This document shows, piece after piece, positions 45,981-59,373 of a stretch of 64,000 nt of DNA. Where the stretch lies: NCBI GenBank assembly GCA_043228905.1, contig JBHGNT010000009.1:16430001-16494000 (forward strand), read 5' to 3'. Position numbers and translations under genes: made by a program. Source of the DNA: Azolla caroliniana. Its lineage: Eukaryota; Plantae; Polypodiophyta. Under the pieces are notes generated by a model. The model searched no databases, had not been told where the DNA came from, and saw only the letters and a program-made list of their open reading frames with translations. Position 1 is the first letter of the stretch, and each line of letters opens with the position of its first letter.

Positions 45981-48900
45981 GAAGAGGTCGTTGCCTCTGT
46001 GCATTACCGCCGCCTGTGGCGAAGACAGTGAGCTCAAGGTTGTTGCCTTGAAGCTTCACCATTGTACATCTCTGTTCATAGTGATAGTTGGAGTTTGAGG
46101 ACTCCCGTGGTTTTTCCCGTATAGGGTTTTCCACGTTAATCCCTGTGTTATCGTGTCTTTCTCTGTGTGTCCTATTTTCTGCTGCATTGATTCGCGATTT
46201 GTCGGTTGTGGCCGAGCGGTGAAGGCGAATCGGAGCGTTGATTCGCAACACAACGTAACCCACTATTACCCGGTTTGAGGCCCTTCTTGGCCGGTTCGGT
46301 CTTCGATGCCGAAGAACCGTCATTTTTCTTTCCGGAGTCGGATCAACTCTGATCCGACTCATCATTACCGGTTTCATAATCCGACATCTTCTTCTTCCCC
46401 TTCTCTTTGCACGTGAACCGTCTCCTCGGTTCCTTGCGCGTGAACCGTCTTCACTACTCGTCGGTTCCTCTTCTGACTGGTCGTATTGACCCAGTCTCTC
46501 GTTCGGCCCACTCAACCGAAACGATTCCGGACTCTTTTCTTGAGTCCCGGATTCATCATCTTCTATCTAGACCGGTTCAGGCTCACTAGCCTCATCCTCC
46601 GGTATCGGGTCGAGGTCGGAAGTCGAAGCCGGTAAGGCATACCATGATGCCGTCTCATCAAACTCAACATCGCAACTAACTCGGACCTGCTTCGTCCGGG
46701 GGTTATAACTCTTATACCCCTTTTGCTCATGTGAGTAGTCGGGGAGGATGCACTTCTCCGATTTTGCATCCAGCTTCCTCCGCTTCTCATCCGGCACATG
46801 CACATATGCTATGCTGCCGAAAATCCGAAGGTGTCTCAAGTTCGGCTTGCGCCCGAAATACAACTCATGCGCGGACACCTTGTCACCGATCCGGTTTTGG
46901 ATGTAGACGGCCGTCCGGACCACCTCCGCCCAGTAGAAATGGGGCATGCTCTTCTCTTCCAGCATTGCCATTGCCGCGTCGACAAGTGATCGGTTCTTCC
47001 TTTCGGCCACACCGTTTTGCTCCGGTGTGTATCTTTAGTTGAACTCTCTCCGAATTCCTGTTTACTGTAGAGAACTGTAGAATTAGCCGGAAAAATATTC
47101 TTTTCCGCCATCTAACCGTAGGCACTTGATCTTCGTCTCCAATTCCCGCTCCACCATGCTTTGGAGGTTCTGGAAACAGTCGAAGACTTCGTTCTTCCAC
47201 TCAATGAGGTAGATCCATGTGTGTCAGCTATAGTCATCGATGAAGGAGACGAAGTATCGACTCCCGCCAAGACTCACGTTCTGTGTCGGTCCCCATACAT
47301 CCAAATGAATAAGGTCGAGCTTGTTACGGCTACGGTTTCGTTCAGTGGGGAATGGAAGCCGGTGTTGCTTCCCGAGTTTGCAGGCTTCACATACATGGGC
47401 CTTCCAGCCACTAAACTTTGGCAAACCGAAAACAACTTGTTTCATTTGTAGGTCTTGAAGCCTCCGGTAATTGACGTGGTCGATCCGCTTCTACCAGAGA
47501 TCGATGTTCGATTCAATCTTCTCTCCTTTGGCGAACAAAGTTGTGCCGACGTCATTGGTGTCGAGGATGAACATCCTCCCGTCTCTGCGCCCTTGCGCAA
47601 TAATCTGGCCCTCCTCGATGAAGCACCTGAGGTGCGTAAACCGCACCTGCATTCCCTGGTCGACGATTTGTCCGACCGACACCAGGTTCTTCGTGATAGT
47701 CAGAACGCGTAATATGTTCATCAGCTTCCCCCTCTGTCCGACATGGCTCCAAGGGACTTCACCGATATGCACGATTGGGTGAGTGTCGTCTCCAGTTTCG
47801 ACAACTCCCGGTTGTTCCGGTTTCTCCAGGAAGGAGAACCACTCTTTATGGTTCGTCATGTGATTTGATGAACCGGAATCAACGTACCACACTTCCTCCG
47901 ATTTGGAAGTGGTTTTCTTCATCGAGTTAGCCACATGTTTCATCACCAAGGCTGGCCCTTTACCGGCTTTTCTGGTTTTGGATCCTCCCGATCCTTCTGC
48001 GTAGTGCGAGTATTGCCGGTTCTCTCTACCGAATCCGGATTCATCCGACTCGGCGCGTTTCTTCTAGCACTCACTTTCTCTATGGCCCTTTTTACCACAG
48101 TACCAGCATTCCGTGGTGGATTTGTCTTGCCGGCCTCCAGCGCCACCTTGACTCCCCGTGGTTGTGGAGGTCCCGGAACTGCTATTGGCACGGTCTCTGT
48201 GCCGTCGGTCTTGCCCTTGCCGGCCGCGTCCATTGCGTGCCAACCCGCCTCGTCCACCACGCCCACAGGGCTGATCCGCCTCCATGTACAGCATCCGGCT
48301 GTCGGTGGGTGCACTTGTTGATGCACCGGCGTGGTTCTCCTCTACAAGGAGCATCGATTGTAAGTCAAAAAATCATGGTGTATTCTCCCTCGTACATATT
48401 ATTGTCCGGAAAGCTCAGAACTTAGACGCCAGGCCCTAAGACAGACCTGTACCATCTCGTCTTCCTCTATAGTGACGTTGATAGAGGCAAGCGAGTCACA
48501 GATCTCTTTGATTCGCGCCGTGTAATCAACCACCGACATGTCCTTCTGTCGTACATTGCTCAACTCCTTTCGGAGTTGCAGCTTTCGGGCTGTAGTGCTT
48601 GTGGCGAACACCTTCTTCAGGTTTCCCCAAGCCTGTTTCGGCGTCTTGGCATCTCGGATGTGGCTCAGCAGCTGGTCTCCGACACTGGACGCAAAGCAGT
48701 ACATCACTCTACTTGCCGATTGTTCCCACATCGGGAAGTCCTTGTGTGCCGCATCAGGTGTTGTGTCGTTAGCTCCGTCGACATAGCTCCAGTAACCATG
48801 CCCAAGTATGTATTGATGCACCTTGTATGACCAAGGTGCGTAGTTGGATCTATCGAGCTTCTCCACCGGAAGCGAGCTAGGCATTCCTCTATCCATTTGT

Positions 48901-49370
48901 TTTTTATTTGTTCTTTACAAAGGTTAGGTTTTCTTCTTGCGAAAGCGAATGTCGGTTGCAGAGGTTCTCAACCCTCTCGCTCTGATACCATGTAGAAACA
49001 AATAGCGTGCGAAAGCAATAGAAAACAGAAAACAGAGAACAGGTTTAATGGAGAGCTTAAAAGTACTCCGGAGAGATAGAGAGAGAGAGCACACAGAAAC
49101 TCAAATAAAAAATACTACTCAGTCTGTACATAGGATGTGCTTAGTGAGCACTTTTATACAAGTCCATACGGACTGACAGAAGTATTGTGTACTTCAATGC
49201 TCACACGAGCGTTTGACACTAACTACGAGATATTAACTCCCTAGTAGACTAGTTGCTACTTGGCTTCCGGTTACTGCTTGATCCAGCTAACTGGCTCCCC
49301 AGCTCACCGGCTCACTTGCTCACCAGCTCATCCTTCTGGATGCCGATCCGGTTGAGCTTGTTGCTCAACA

Positions 49371-50826
49371 AAATGTAATCCGAGAATTCCGAGAAGAAGA
49401 ATACGAAGGAGAAATCTTGATGATCGGGAAGGTGCTACAAGAGATTGAGGAATCAACGGACGATAAAGAGAAGAGAGCTGAGATCCGAAGGAAGAAGAGG
49501 CAAGTCCAAAAGTTCTTCTTGAAAAATGGATTAATATGGAGGGAGCCGAAAAGACCGGATGGCATACCACTTCGGGTAGTCGGGACAAAAGAGCAATGAA
49601 ACCGGATAATGTCCGAGTTTCACGAATCTGATTGGGCTGGACATTGAGGGACATGGGCAACTTTTGTGAAAATCAAACAAAAATATTGGTGGAAGAATAT
49701 GTACAAAGATATAGCGGAGTTCATGGAAAGCTGCGAGAAGTGTCAAATCTACTCCGGAGTTCGACATCGAGATGAGTTACATCCAACATTCTCACCGACA
49801 ATCAACTTCAAATGGATGGTCGACATTGTAGCCATGCCAACCAGGATCAGAAAAAAGAAGTACTTGGTGCTAGCTCGGGAAGATCTCACAAAGGGCGTTA
49901 CGAAGGAAAACGGGTTCTGTGGTATGCCAATTTCTTTTGGAGGAGGTGTTTTGCAGGTACTGGTGCGTAGGACAAGTGATTGCGGATCAGGGAGAACTTG
50001 ACTCTGATAAAGCTAGGGAATTCTTCACCAAACATGGAGTTCGGTTAACACTAACAACGGCATACAATCCGGAGGCCAACGGGAAAATCGAACGAGGACA
50101 TAGTCCGATCGTCAAAGCACTTGCTAAAGCATGCGACAGAAGGGTGAAAGATTGGCCGCAGATGCTCCCGTATGCACTATGGGTGGATCGGACGACGCAT
50201 AGCTCCGTAACCGGTTATAGGCCAACAAAACTTATGACCGGACAACCACCGGTAATGCCGACGGAAACCGCGATCGCGACATGGAGAATGCTACCGTGGA
50301 AGGAAGAGATGAGCCGGGAAGAACTACTAACGGTCCGGATACGACAACTATAGGGAAGACCGGAAGACATAGCGGAAGCAACACACCGACACAAGAAGCG
50401 TGATTCCGTAACAAATGCCAGTTCGACACAAACCACCGATTACGACCACGGAAGATTGAAGAAGGAGATTGGGTGATTGTCTATGACAGTAGTTTCAATC
50501 ATCAACACAAAACGATACAAAAGTTTGCGAAAAGGTGGTTTGTGAAAAGGTGGTTGGGGCCATACGAGGTTCGGACAGTTTTCGACAATGGAACTTACTG
50601 ACTATGTGAGTTGGATGGAACGATACTACGAGTGCCTATAGTGGGGAAACGGGTAAAGATATTCAAGAAGCGGACTGACGACGAACCCTATGTAACCATA
50701 GACAAGACCGACAACGAGGAGCAACCGGACAAAGAGTGTGGTGATGTGAAAAGCGAAGAAAGTGGACTTCAACTCGTAGTCGACATAAGGGGAGAATCGG
50801 AGAGTGTTACGGATGAAGGTGAATAA
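49371..50826 (+). pseudogene. Gypsy E integrase (degenerate)
   Basis: KIKQKYWW..CEKCQ..KWMVDIV..ADQGELD..YNPEANGKIERGH. Confidence 0.88.
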
Positions 50827-52059
50827 TGAGCATCGGGAACTACGGCACATACCGAAGGATGTGTGGGTTTGGAGGGGGCGAGTGTCGTAGTGTAAATCGC
50901 ACACTCTGAGAAAATTGCATTTTTGATCCCTCCGGATGGGACGAAGCAGACCGGCAAGAGCGGGATGAAGAAGGCCGATGAGAGTCGGTGAGAAACGGAC
51001 GAAGAGGACCAATAAGGAGAACTGGTGAGAACCGGATGAAGAGACGTATTTGTAAATAGAAGAAATTATAAAAGCACATATTACATGCATAGGGCAAGAT
51101 TTGAACCTTGCACCTCCATGTTTATAATATAAAGCCTTACCATTACACTAGCATATCATTAGTTTAAAAAAAGTAAATGTCCCACATAGAAACGTAAGTT
51201 CACGCTAGGATAAACTTTAGTTAGAAGAAAATGCATGATAAAAGAAAAAGTTACGCATGCACATGTAGCGTGCATGAACACCATAATCGATCAAAACACA
51301 TCAAGTTAGAAAAAGTAGGATCACTTTAGAAAAAGCATGTTAGAGAAAGCATAGAGTCTATCTATAGAAAAAGCATGGATTATTAAGACTCTCTCATCAC
51401 TATATAAGGATGGGGAGCACAATGTAATAAGTGTGTGAAATATTTGGGAAATTGGATATATTTCCTAAAACACCTATAATTAATAAATTATATTCGTGGG
51501 ATTCACGAAGGTTTCCATATCTCTCACTTCCAATCTATGATAAATTGTAATTAGGATTCTAAATATTAATAAATCTAATAATCTATACTTGTGGGATTCA
51601 CAAGTTTCTTATATCTCTCTTTCAATCTAAATTCATATTCTTATTTGAATGTTGGTTAATCTAATACATTATACTTGTGGGATTCACAAGTTTCCATCTC
51701 TCTTTCTAATAATCTATCCATAACTATAAACTTGTCTCAAATTCTTCTTTCTCCTAGTCCAAAACCTCAATGGTTCCCACCAGAGTCACACAACGATCCG
51801 GAGCCGAAAGGCACGACAACGTGGATCTTCATCGGCTTCCATCCAGTTTTAACATTGGAGATCAGGTATGGCTAATTCGACGACACATCAAGACTACTCA
51901 CCCATGCGAGAAGTTGGATTATCGGCGATTAGGTACTTTCCGTATTATCGGAAAAATTAATGATGTCATTTTTCATCTCGATCTATCTCCACAACTTCGG
52001 ATACATCCGGTGTTTCATAGTTCTCTCCTCGAACCCTATCAAGACAGCACCATCCCAGG

Positions 52060-52337
52060 TCGGTATTAAACAACGTCCACCCCCGATCGAACTTGAAGAT
52101 GGACCTGAGTACGAGGTTGCCGCCATCCTCGATTCCAAGATTCTTCATAACAAGCTCTACTATTTAGTTGATTGGCTAGGATATAGTCCTAGGGAGTGTA
52201 CTTGGGAACCAATAGAGAATGTGAGCAATGCTCGTGCTCTTCTTGAAGACTTCCATCGTCAATATCCAGACAAACTGGGTCCTCAATCCAAAACGACTCG
52301 TGACACACGTCGTTTTAAAGGGGAGATAGTGTCATGA
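52060..52337 (+). pseudogene. Chromodomain at the integrase C-terminus of element J
   Basis: EYEVAAILDSK...YYLVDWLGYSPRECTWEPIENV (group I chromodomain aromatic residues). Confidence 0.9.
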
Positions 52338-52629
52338 TATTGCAAGACTCAAACCCATGACCTTATGTTACATGGGTCGAGCTCTTGACCATTAAACTAT
52401 TTGTTGTAATACAAAGGATATAATTTTCATTTAAGTTTTACTATAGAAAATTGATGTATATTCCAGATTTCTCCAGAACATTCAAGAAACTTCAGGAGTA
52501 CTCCTGAGAACACTATCAAAAGAGGTACAAGGCATTATTTTGAACCAAATCGGTTCAACGCCACTCTTAAGCCTCCTACCTACTATTCTATATTCTCTTA
52601 ACATAATATATATCTTTTGATATCATCAT

Positions 52630-52660
<31 letters not shown>

Positions 52661-52809
52661 TTCTCGATATCTCTCTCTCACTCACTCTTTCCTTCTCTCG
52701 AGAGTTCTACACCTCCCTTAGTATTAATCCTCATCTTTTAGTACTAATTCATTCTCTGTCTTAGTATTGTTCCTGACAATACTTCTATGTCTTAGTACTG
52801 CTCCTGACA

Positions 52810-54528
52810 GATGCTACCCGTGTAGCCTTTATCATCTAGCCGACCAGTTGATATTAGGTTCAACTAAACCTCTGGAATGTGTCGGACATCCTTCAACAGC
52901 AACTTGCATCCGGTTGATGTCGTCAACAACACATCTCCTACGTCAATGATTCGACAGGTTCCTTCATTCCCCATCCGGACACAACTGTGATCTCCGACTG
53001 TGTAGGATGAGAAGAATCTTCGGTCCGGTGTCAGGTGGAATGACGCTCCGGAATCGACAACCCACGTTGTCTCGTCACCGACAAGGTTTAACTCATTGTC
53101 CTCGGCAATTATCAGTAGTTCTTCTTCACTTGTCGTGATTGCCGACGTTCCCTTCCGATCCGATCCTTTCCAGTCTGAACCCTTCTTCGAATCGGCACTG
53201 TCGATTCCTTTCTCTTTCCGGAAATGCGGATAGTTTTTCTGGAAGTGCCTTGGCTTCCCACAATAGAAGCAAGTAGGGCTCCCCTTTGACTTCGACCTTG
53301 TCCCCAACTTTTCCCGGTTCTGGGGACTCCGATACCGGTTTCTCCCCCAGTTATGGTCATCTTCTGCAACCAAGGCCTTCGGGTCTATTTCGGACTCCCG
53401 GTCCTTCCGGCGAGCTTCTTCATCGAGCAAGCTTGATTTTACCCTTGCTAGGGACAAGAACTTTCCTTCCAACCCGGTATTGCCCAAAGTGACAACCAAC
53501 GTCTCCCAACTATCCGGGAGGGAACCGAGCAAGAGCAATGCAAGTACCTCATCGGCCAAAGGTACTTAAAGCCAAGTTATTTGATTTATGCATTCATGTG
53601 CCCTGCCATGTTGGATCCATTCTGGTACCGGAGTCTCACTAACTTCCGGAATATCGAAACCCGATTTACGGCTCATGTAGATTTTTTCCCATAGCACATG
53701 AGCCTTACTTTCTTCATTGAAGTTGTTGTACAGGCTCATGTCGATGAAGCACCGGATGTATGTTGTTGTCTTCATGTGCATCACCTCCCATGTCGCGGCA
53801 TTGATTTTATCCAATTTCTTGTCCCTGAACTGTATCGGCAACCAGAGATCTTTGACCATGAGCATGTCCCTCATCTTCGACTTCCACACTGAGTAGTTGG
53901 AGCCGGTGAGCTTGAACATGCTTCCGAATGACTCTTCCATTTTCTTGTTCACTCTAATACCGGTTTGTGCGGAAATAACGCTCGGCCACAACCGAGTCTT
54001 CAACAAGGAATAAAAGAGAACAAACTAAAACCGAGATAACACAAGATGTTTACGTGGAAAAAACCCTAAACGGGAAAAACTACGGGAGCCCACAAACTCC
54101 AACTATCACTATGAGAGGAGGAATACAATGTGAGACTCAGAGGCAACAACCTCGAGTTCTATGTCTTCGCCAAACCGGCGGTTACAACAGAAAACTAGTT
54201 CTGTATATATATATATATATATCTCACTTTGTGTATACAACAATATACAACAACAACACCTCACTACATAAAGTGATTGCCCTAAGTCATATTTATACTT
54301 ATATGACTTTAGGGCTATTTACAAATATAGCCTCCATGGGCTCACCATGAAACATATTTACACATATGTCCTTGGATCCGGTTTGCACCACATCCATCCA
54401 GATTCACTCGATCCAGTTTCCGGGTCTCATCTGGAACCCTTTCGGATCCGGTTCCTTCATCCGGCTCGTCCGATCCGGCTCCTCCAGTTCTCATCCAGAT
54501 TCCATCCGGAGGGACCGATTTCCCAACA
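52810..54528 (-). mobile_element. 5' part of a Tork-like Copia (5' LTR 53966-54528, gag-PR)
   Basis: ORFs 53566..54006 and 52864..53559 (CFYCGKPRH, WVVDSGASFH); decayed PBS ~53952-53962. Confidence 0.88.
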
Positions 54529-54827
54529 CAAAGTATAGAAAATAGGTTTTTGGAGTATTAACACTAGCATTGAACCAAATTGGTTTGAGAAATTCAATTT
54601 TTCAATTATAGGGTCTTCAAGAGTATTCCTAGATTTTCTAGAATGTTCAACAATATTCTAGGATATTCCTGAATTTTCTAGATTATTCTAAAAAGTTTTA
54701 GAACCTAGCTGAAATAATCATGATAACAAATATATATATATATTATAATAAGTATCTCAATAGTAAGGCTTTGACATGTGTATCATAAGGTCATTGGTTC
54801 AAATCCTTTTCAGACAATATTCATGAA
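54529..54827 (-). mobile_element. 5' portion of a chromovirus-type LTR
   Basis: Reverse complement resembles 52330-52600 (TCATGA..TTGAACC..ATGACCTTATG; TTGAACCAAATTGGTT motif). Confidence 0.6.
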
Positions 54828-55169
54828 AATTTACCTATGTTTCATCTTTGGGTACATACTCAACCTTATTTTCCAATTTTCCTTTGTATGCTTTACACCA
54901 AGCATTTTGATGTAAGATAGTATTATCCTCACTCACAAAGCATTGTTACCTTTGAGGTACAACCAACTATTTTCACATATGATCCTTCGTTTTGTATCAT
55001 CGGCCATTATGCATACAGTAAACCTCTCCCAAACAAGCAACACCATATTTTCCAACTTGGTGTGTCACGTTCAGACATTCAACAATGCATCCAAAACATT
55101 AGATTTCAATGATGACCTTCATGAGGGATGTAATGTCACGCTAATACGCATGTGCTTGTTAAATGCAAA

Positions 55170-55730
55170 TGGGGCCACTAAGGACCTAAACCAAAGAGGA
55201 TGGATTGGATTCAAATTGTTGACTTTGGAGTGCTCGTAGGTGCTGCTAAATTTGGCACTAGGTTTCTATCGCGGAATTAACAATACATTTCGGATTGTCG
55301 TGTGAGTGTGACCTTTCTTGTATGTGAATTGATCAAAACACCTTTGGAACATAGCACATAGTCAATCACACTATTTCCATTTTGTTTTCTACATGTATAA
55401 CCACTAATGTTGGGTCATACTGACACACAATTTGCAATAAGCATCAAGTACTCTTGCACATTTATAGGAGTAACTTTGGAAATCGACCCGGATCTTTTTC
55501 ATCAATAGAAGAGTGATTGTTGTGCATCAAGTTGCAAACTTCTTGTTTGTGCATTCATGTCACGTTCCCCCTTAGCTTTGAAATAAGTAATATAATCTTC
55601 TAGATTAAAAAAGAGTTGGTAGTCATCCAAACAAGCATAAAATTAAGAATCATGATGACGAATGTAGCATCCTACTACAAAAGTGGGCATATCATTTGGT
55701 GTTTCTATTTTAAGCCATGCCATTACTAAA
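55170..55730 (-). pseudogene. Relic of a LINE (non-LTR) APE endonuclease
   Basis: Hand translation gives AWLKI..FVVGCYIRHHDS*FY..NLEDYITYFKAKGE..DMNAQ and GYTCRKQNGNSVIDYVLCS, which are exo/endo/phosphatase motifs. Confidence 0.7.
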
Positions 55731-56167
55731 TTTCCTTGTCAAAAGCATAATGTTGATTATGCATGTGGTGTTCCTGGCAATTCATATCATGTTATGCGTT
55801 GGCAATTATTAATGTCTTGAATTGTAACCCTAGTTATGAATGGAATATGCCTCAAAATGTAAAAGCCATTTGTCTTGCATGCCAAGTGGTGCAAATAAAA
55901 TTGGGGTGTTTGAGTAGGATAAACTTGGGACAATAAAATAAGTTAGAACTATCATCGCATGATATTATACTTGAGGCAATAATTTTCCATTGAAAAATAC
56001 AATAAGCTTGGGAAGAAAAAAAGTAATGGATAAATGCATGAGTAGGATACACTAGGGGAAATAATGGTCAATTTAAAACTACTAGTCTCTAAATAATAGA
56101 GTATTAATTGAATAATGATGAACGCACATTATAAAATTGTTAGTCTAGTAGTAGAATCTCTTAAAAG

Positions 56168-56436
56168 TAGGGTGTTAGTTGAAGAAAAGACCAATCAAAG
56201 GCAACTTAGAAGTAGTGACCTCTCAACGAGGCAATAAGCCATATTAAAAGAGATCTTCATCGGCATTCCATAAAAAGTTGTTTTTTTCTGTTTTCTATAG
56301 CACATCAATTTCCACTCTTATAAATAGGGTATTAGTTGGAATAAAGGCCAATCATGGGCAATTTAGACGTAGTGACATTTGAAAGATTCAAGAAACTATA
56401 TTAAAAGAGATCTTCATCGTCATTCCATAAAAAGCT
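56168..56436 (+). repeat. Diverged direct duplication, period ~156 bp
   Basis: TAGGGT.TTAGTTG..CCAATCA..GTAGTGAC..ATATTAAAAGAGATCTTCATCG.CATTCCATAAAAAG occurs twice. Confidence 0.75.
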
Positions 56437-58337
56437 CTTTTTGTTGTTTTGTATACCATATAACACAAAAGGATATGTTATTGTGCTCGTTAAGGATATG
56501 TATCTACCAAAATGTCACATACATAGTAGTGTTCCTTAATATCTATCATTCATTAGTCCTAAGTATCAATAGTGTTTAACTACTTTTCGTATCCATTGCA
56601 AACCTCCATGTATTGCCCTAAATGAGGATTTTACCAATGCCTGTCAAGAACCAAGGCATAAAAAGACAATTATATAGTTTCAACAAATGTCCTAAGTAAA
56701 TTGGTGCACACTCTCAATTTAAAAGACATTTCATTATTTTATATGTACTCATATATTAGTGTGTGAGAAACCGACCATATGCAATTAGAGATTCAACATC
56801 TACATATACTAAAACGACTAATTCAATCTAATAATGATTAAAACCAGCCATGAATGCAACTCATGTTTCATTTTATTATCAACAATACAAGATTAAATAA
56901 GAAAATGAATTATATATGAATTCGTTGGTCAAACTAGACGCCTCCACCTTCACCACGCCTCTCTACCACTCTCTAATGGAGGCGTGGATTAATTCATGAT
57001 GTATTTCCTAATTAGGATAGAATTAGCACCCAGTGAACCTTGTCCTTGATTAGGACAACTCCAAATGATAAGTTTCTAGTAATTAGGGCATGACCAGCAC
57101 ACCGAGCAAGAGAGTATCTTCTGGTCGCTAATTATCAACGTATTTATGTATAGCCAATTAGTAATTTGGATGTGATTAGTGGCCACGACAAACATCTACT
57201 TAAAAAGACGAGTGTGATCTCTTTAATAATAAAAATAATAACATTATTATCACTAGTACTAATAATATTGTTGTTGTTGTTGTGATTGATCTGTGGGGTG
57301 AGGTTGGATCGCATGATGATGGGTTTGTTGCATTATCCACGAATATTCATGTGATGTTTACAACTTGCGTTCACAAGAAAGCTCTAGAATGTATGTATGG
57401 AGATGTAACAGTTTGCCATAGCCATATGTAGTACTACCATAGAATGGAACTGGTGCAATTCCACCAATTTGCCTCCACTACTTTGCCCTCTCGGTCCTTC
57501 AAGGGTAAATAAATAATGAATACAAAACTATAGTATTTACCATACATTCGAGTTTGTTTACCATACTCAAATAAGCAAAACATACTCAAATGCGAATGCA
57601 CATATGGTTCACGCTATGATCAGTACCATGCCTACACACATTTAACCAATTCTTACTTATTAAGTGGGATGTATCCTTACTTACTTGTATCCTTTGGAAA
57701 ATGAGATTCTTCGGTCCCACAAACATAGGTCAAGTAGTACAAACCTAAGGCGCAAACTTTGATAAAGTGAAGTTATGAGATCTCATTGATGTGCATGTGC
57801 TCATTATATAAACACGAAAAGTTTAAAGTCAAAGACGACAAGTAGAACCCTTACATTTAAGCCTATCCAAATGTCTAGTATAATTAATCTTTATAGAGCT
57901 TCATCTTAGCAAGAATTGGTGAAACTTGAAAGCTCACCTTTTCATGTTGCATCATTATATATTGTATTTAGTTCATTCTAAGCTTACGTATTGCTGGTAT
58001 GAAAACTCTAATATTGTCCAACACATTATAGTATCATCTAAAAAATTAGGAGACAAAGTTATTAGAAAAGTCCTTGAACGACAATAGCAATGAAAAGTTT
58101 GAATTAAAGAAATTGATGGAAGGCTTACCAAGAAAGCATTTCAAGATCATGTGCTGAATTTACACACTTGCAATATGGTAGGCCAATATATGGACACGCA
58201 TTCTTTGGCATGAATGTGCATGATCCTTTCTTGTTAACACCCAAAAAGTGCACATAGGTCCAATACTTTGCTTCACTAAGAGAGATCAAGGGAACATGGG
58301 TTTCTAGATTGGGAAATTCCTTTATGTTGTGTGTGGA

Positions 58338-58346
58338 GTATAAATA
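58338..58346 (+). promoter_or_regulatory. Candidate TATA box of the AP2/ERF gene
   Basis: GTATAAATA ~380 bp upstream of the first in-frame ATG; position only. Confidence 0.3.
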
Positions 58347-58471
58347 TCTACCCTTCTTCAGACATCAAGGGTTATGTAAGTAAGCCACTCAAACCCAAGA
58401 AAAGTCATGATATTGTGATCATTGATGCTCATTAAATGTTCGCATTTATCCTTGGCACCCTAATTTATTAA

Positions 58472-59373
58472 TGCATGTGATACGTATACACTCACTAAAT
58501 TGTAGCTCCATCTAGCCATTGTGTTTTATATGAGTATGAGGCTAATGAAGGCTCCTTTAATTCCATGATTCATGGTTGTTCCTCAACATTCTACATGTGA
58601 ACTCCAATCTCATCACCAACATCAGTGAAAATACAGCTGAATTTGTTGACATCATTGTCTACAACAAGGGAGAGACCGGAGATTCAATCGGCAAACTTGG
58701 GAGTATCATCATTACCCATGGCAATGGCATCCTCCTCCTCCTCCTCAGACTTAAATGCTCTCAATGAATGTGATGCATATGATACATACACACCCACTAA
58801 AATTGTAGCTCCATCTAGCCATTGTGTTTATGACTATGAGGCTAATGAAGGCTCCTTTCATTCCATGATTCATGGTTCTTCATCAACATCCTACATAGGA
58901 ACTCCAATCTCATCACCAAGATCAGCGAAAACACGGCTGAACTTGTTGACATCATTGTATAAAACAAGGGAGAAACCGGAGATTCAATCGGTGAACTTGG
59001 GAATATCATCATTGCTCATGGCAATGGCATCCTCCTCCTCCTCAGACCTAAATGCTCTCAATGAATGTGATGCATATGATACATACACACCCACTAAAAT
59101 TGTAGCTCCATCTAGCCATTGTGTTTTATATGAGTATGAGGCTAATGAAGGCTCCTTTAATTCCATGATTCATGGTTCTTCATCAAATTCCTACATAGGA
59201 ACTCCAATCTCATCACCAACATCAGTGAAAACACAGCTTAACTTGTTGACATCATTGTCTACAACAAGGGAGAGACCGGAGATTCAATCGGCGAGCTTGG
59301 GAGTATCATCATTGCTCATGGCAATGGCCTCATCCTCCTCCTCAAATTTAAATGCTCCCAATGAATGTGATGC
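58472..59373 (+). repeat. 300-bp tandem triplication covering the leader and start codon of the AP2/ERF gene
   Basis: GATTCAATCG at 58681, 58981 and 59281; ATGGCAATGG at 58718, 59018 and 59318. Confidence 0.95.

Larger units (their letters stand above)
40706..46250 (+). mobile_element. Intact, recent Tork/Tnt1-like Ty1/Copia element I
   Basis: LTRs 40706-41421 and 45537-46250 (two substitutions plus one GA unit by eye), TSD CAACG, PBS TGGTATCAGAGC 41425-41436, PPT GAAGGGGGAG. Confidence 0.97.
38097..49370 (-). mobile_element. Ty1/Copia element F (degenerate), split by element I
   Basis: LTRs 38097-38466 and 48991-49370, TSD AAATG, PBS 48979-48990, gag 48399..48896, PR 47491..47949, INT 46567..47445, RT 39710..40651, RH 39093..39605. 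Confidence 0.93.
33973..51818 (+). mobile_element. Gypsy element E (tRNA-Trp PBS; gag-PR-RT N-terminus, RT/RH deletion at ~38030, INT), split by Copia F
   Basis: 5' LTR ~33973-34802 (lacks first ~100 bp), PBS 34807-34824, PPT 50871-50882, 3' LTR 50883-51818. Confidence 0.92.
32281..52809 (+). mobile_element. 3' half of Tcn1/Tf1-type chromovirus J (integrase and chromodomain, 3' LTR 52330-52809), split by a solo LTR and Gypsy E
   Basis: INT pieces 32394-32643, 33429-33971 and 51819-52329; PPT AAAGGGGAGATAG; LTR TGTCATG..CCTGACA. Confidence 0.85.

Noticed and set aside
58625-58717. ORF-track start of the AP2 protein
   Set aside because: GTG codon; the first in-frame ATG is 58718
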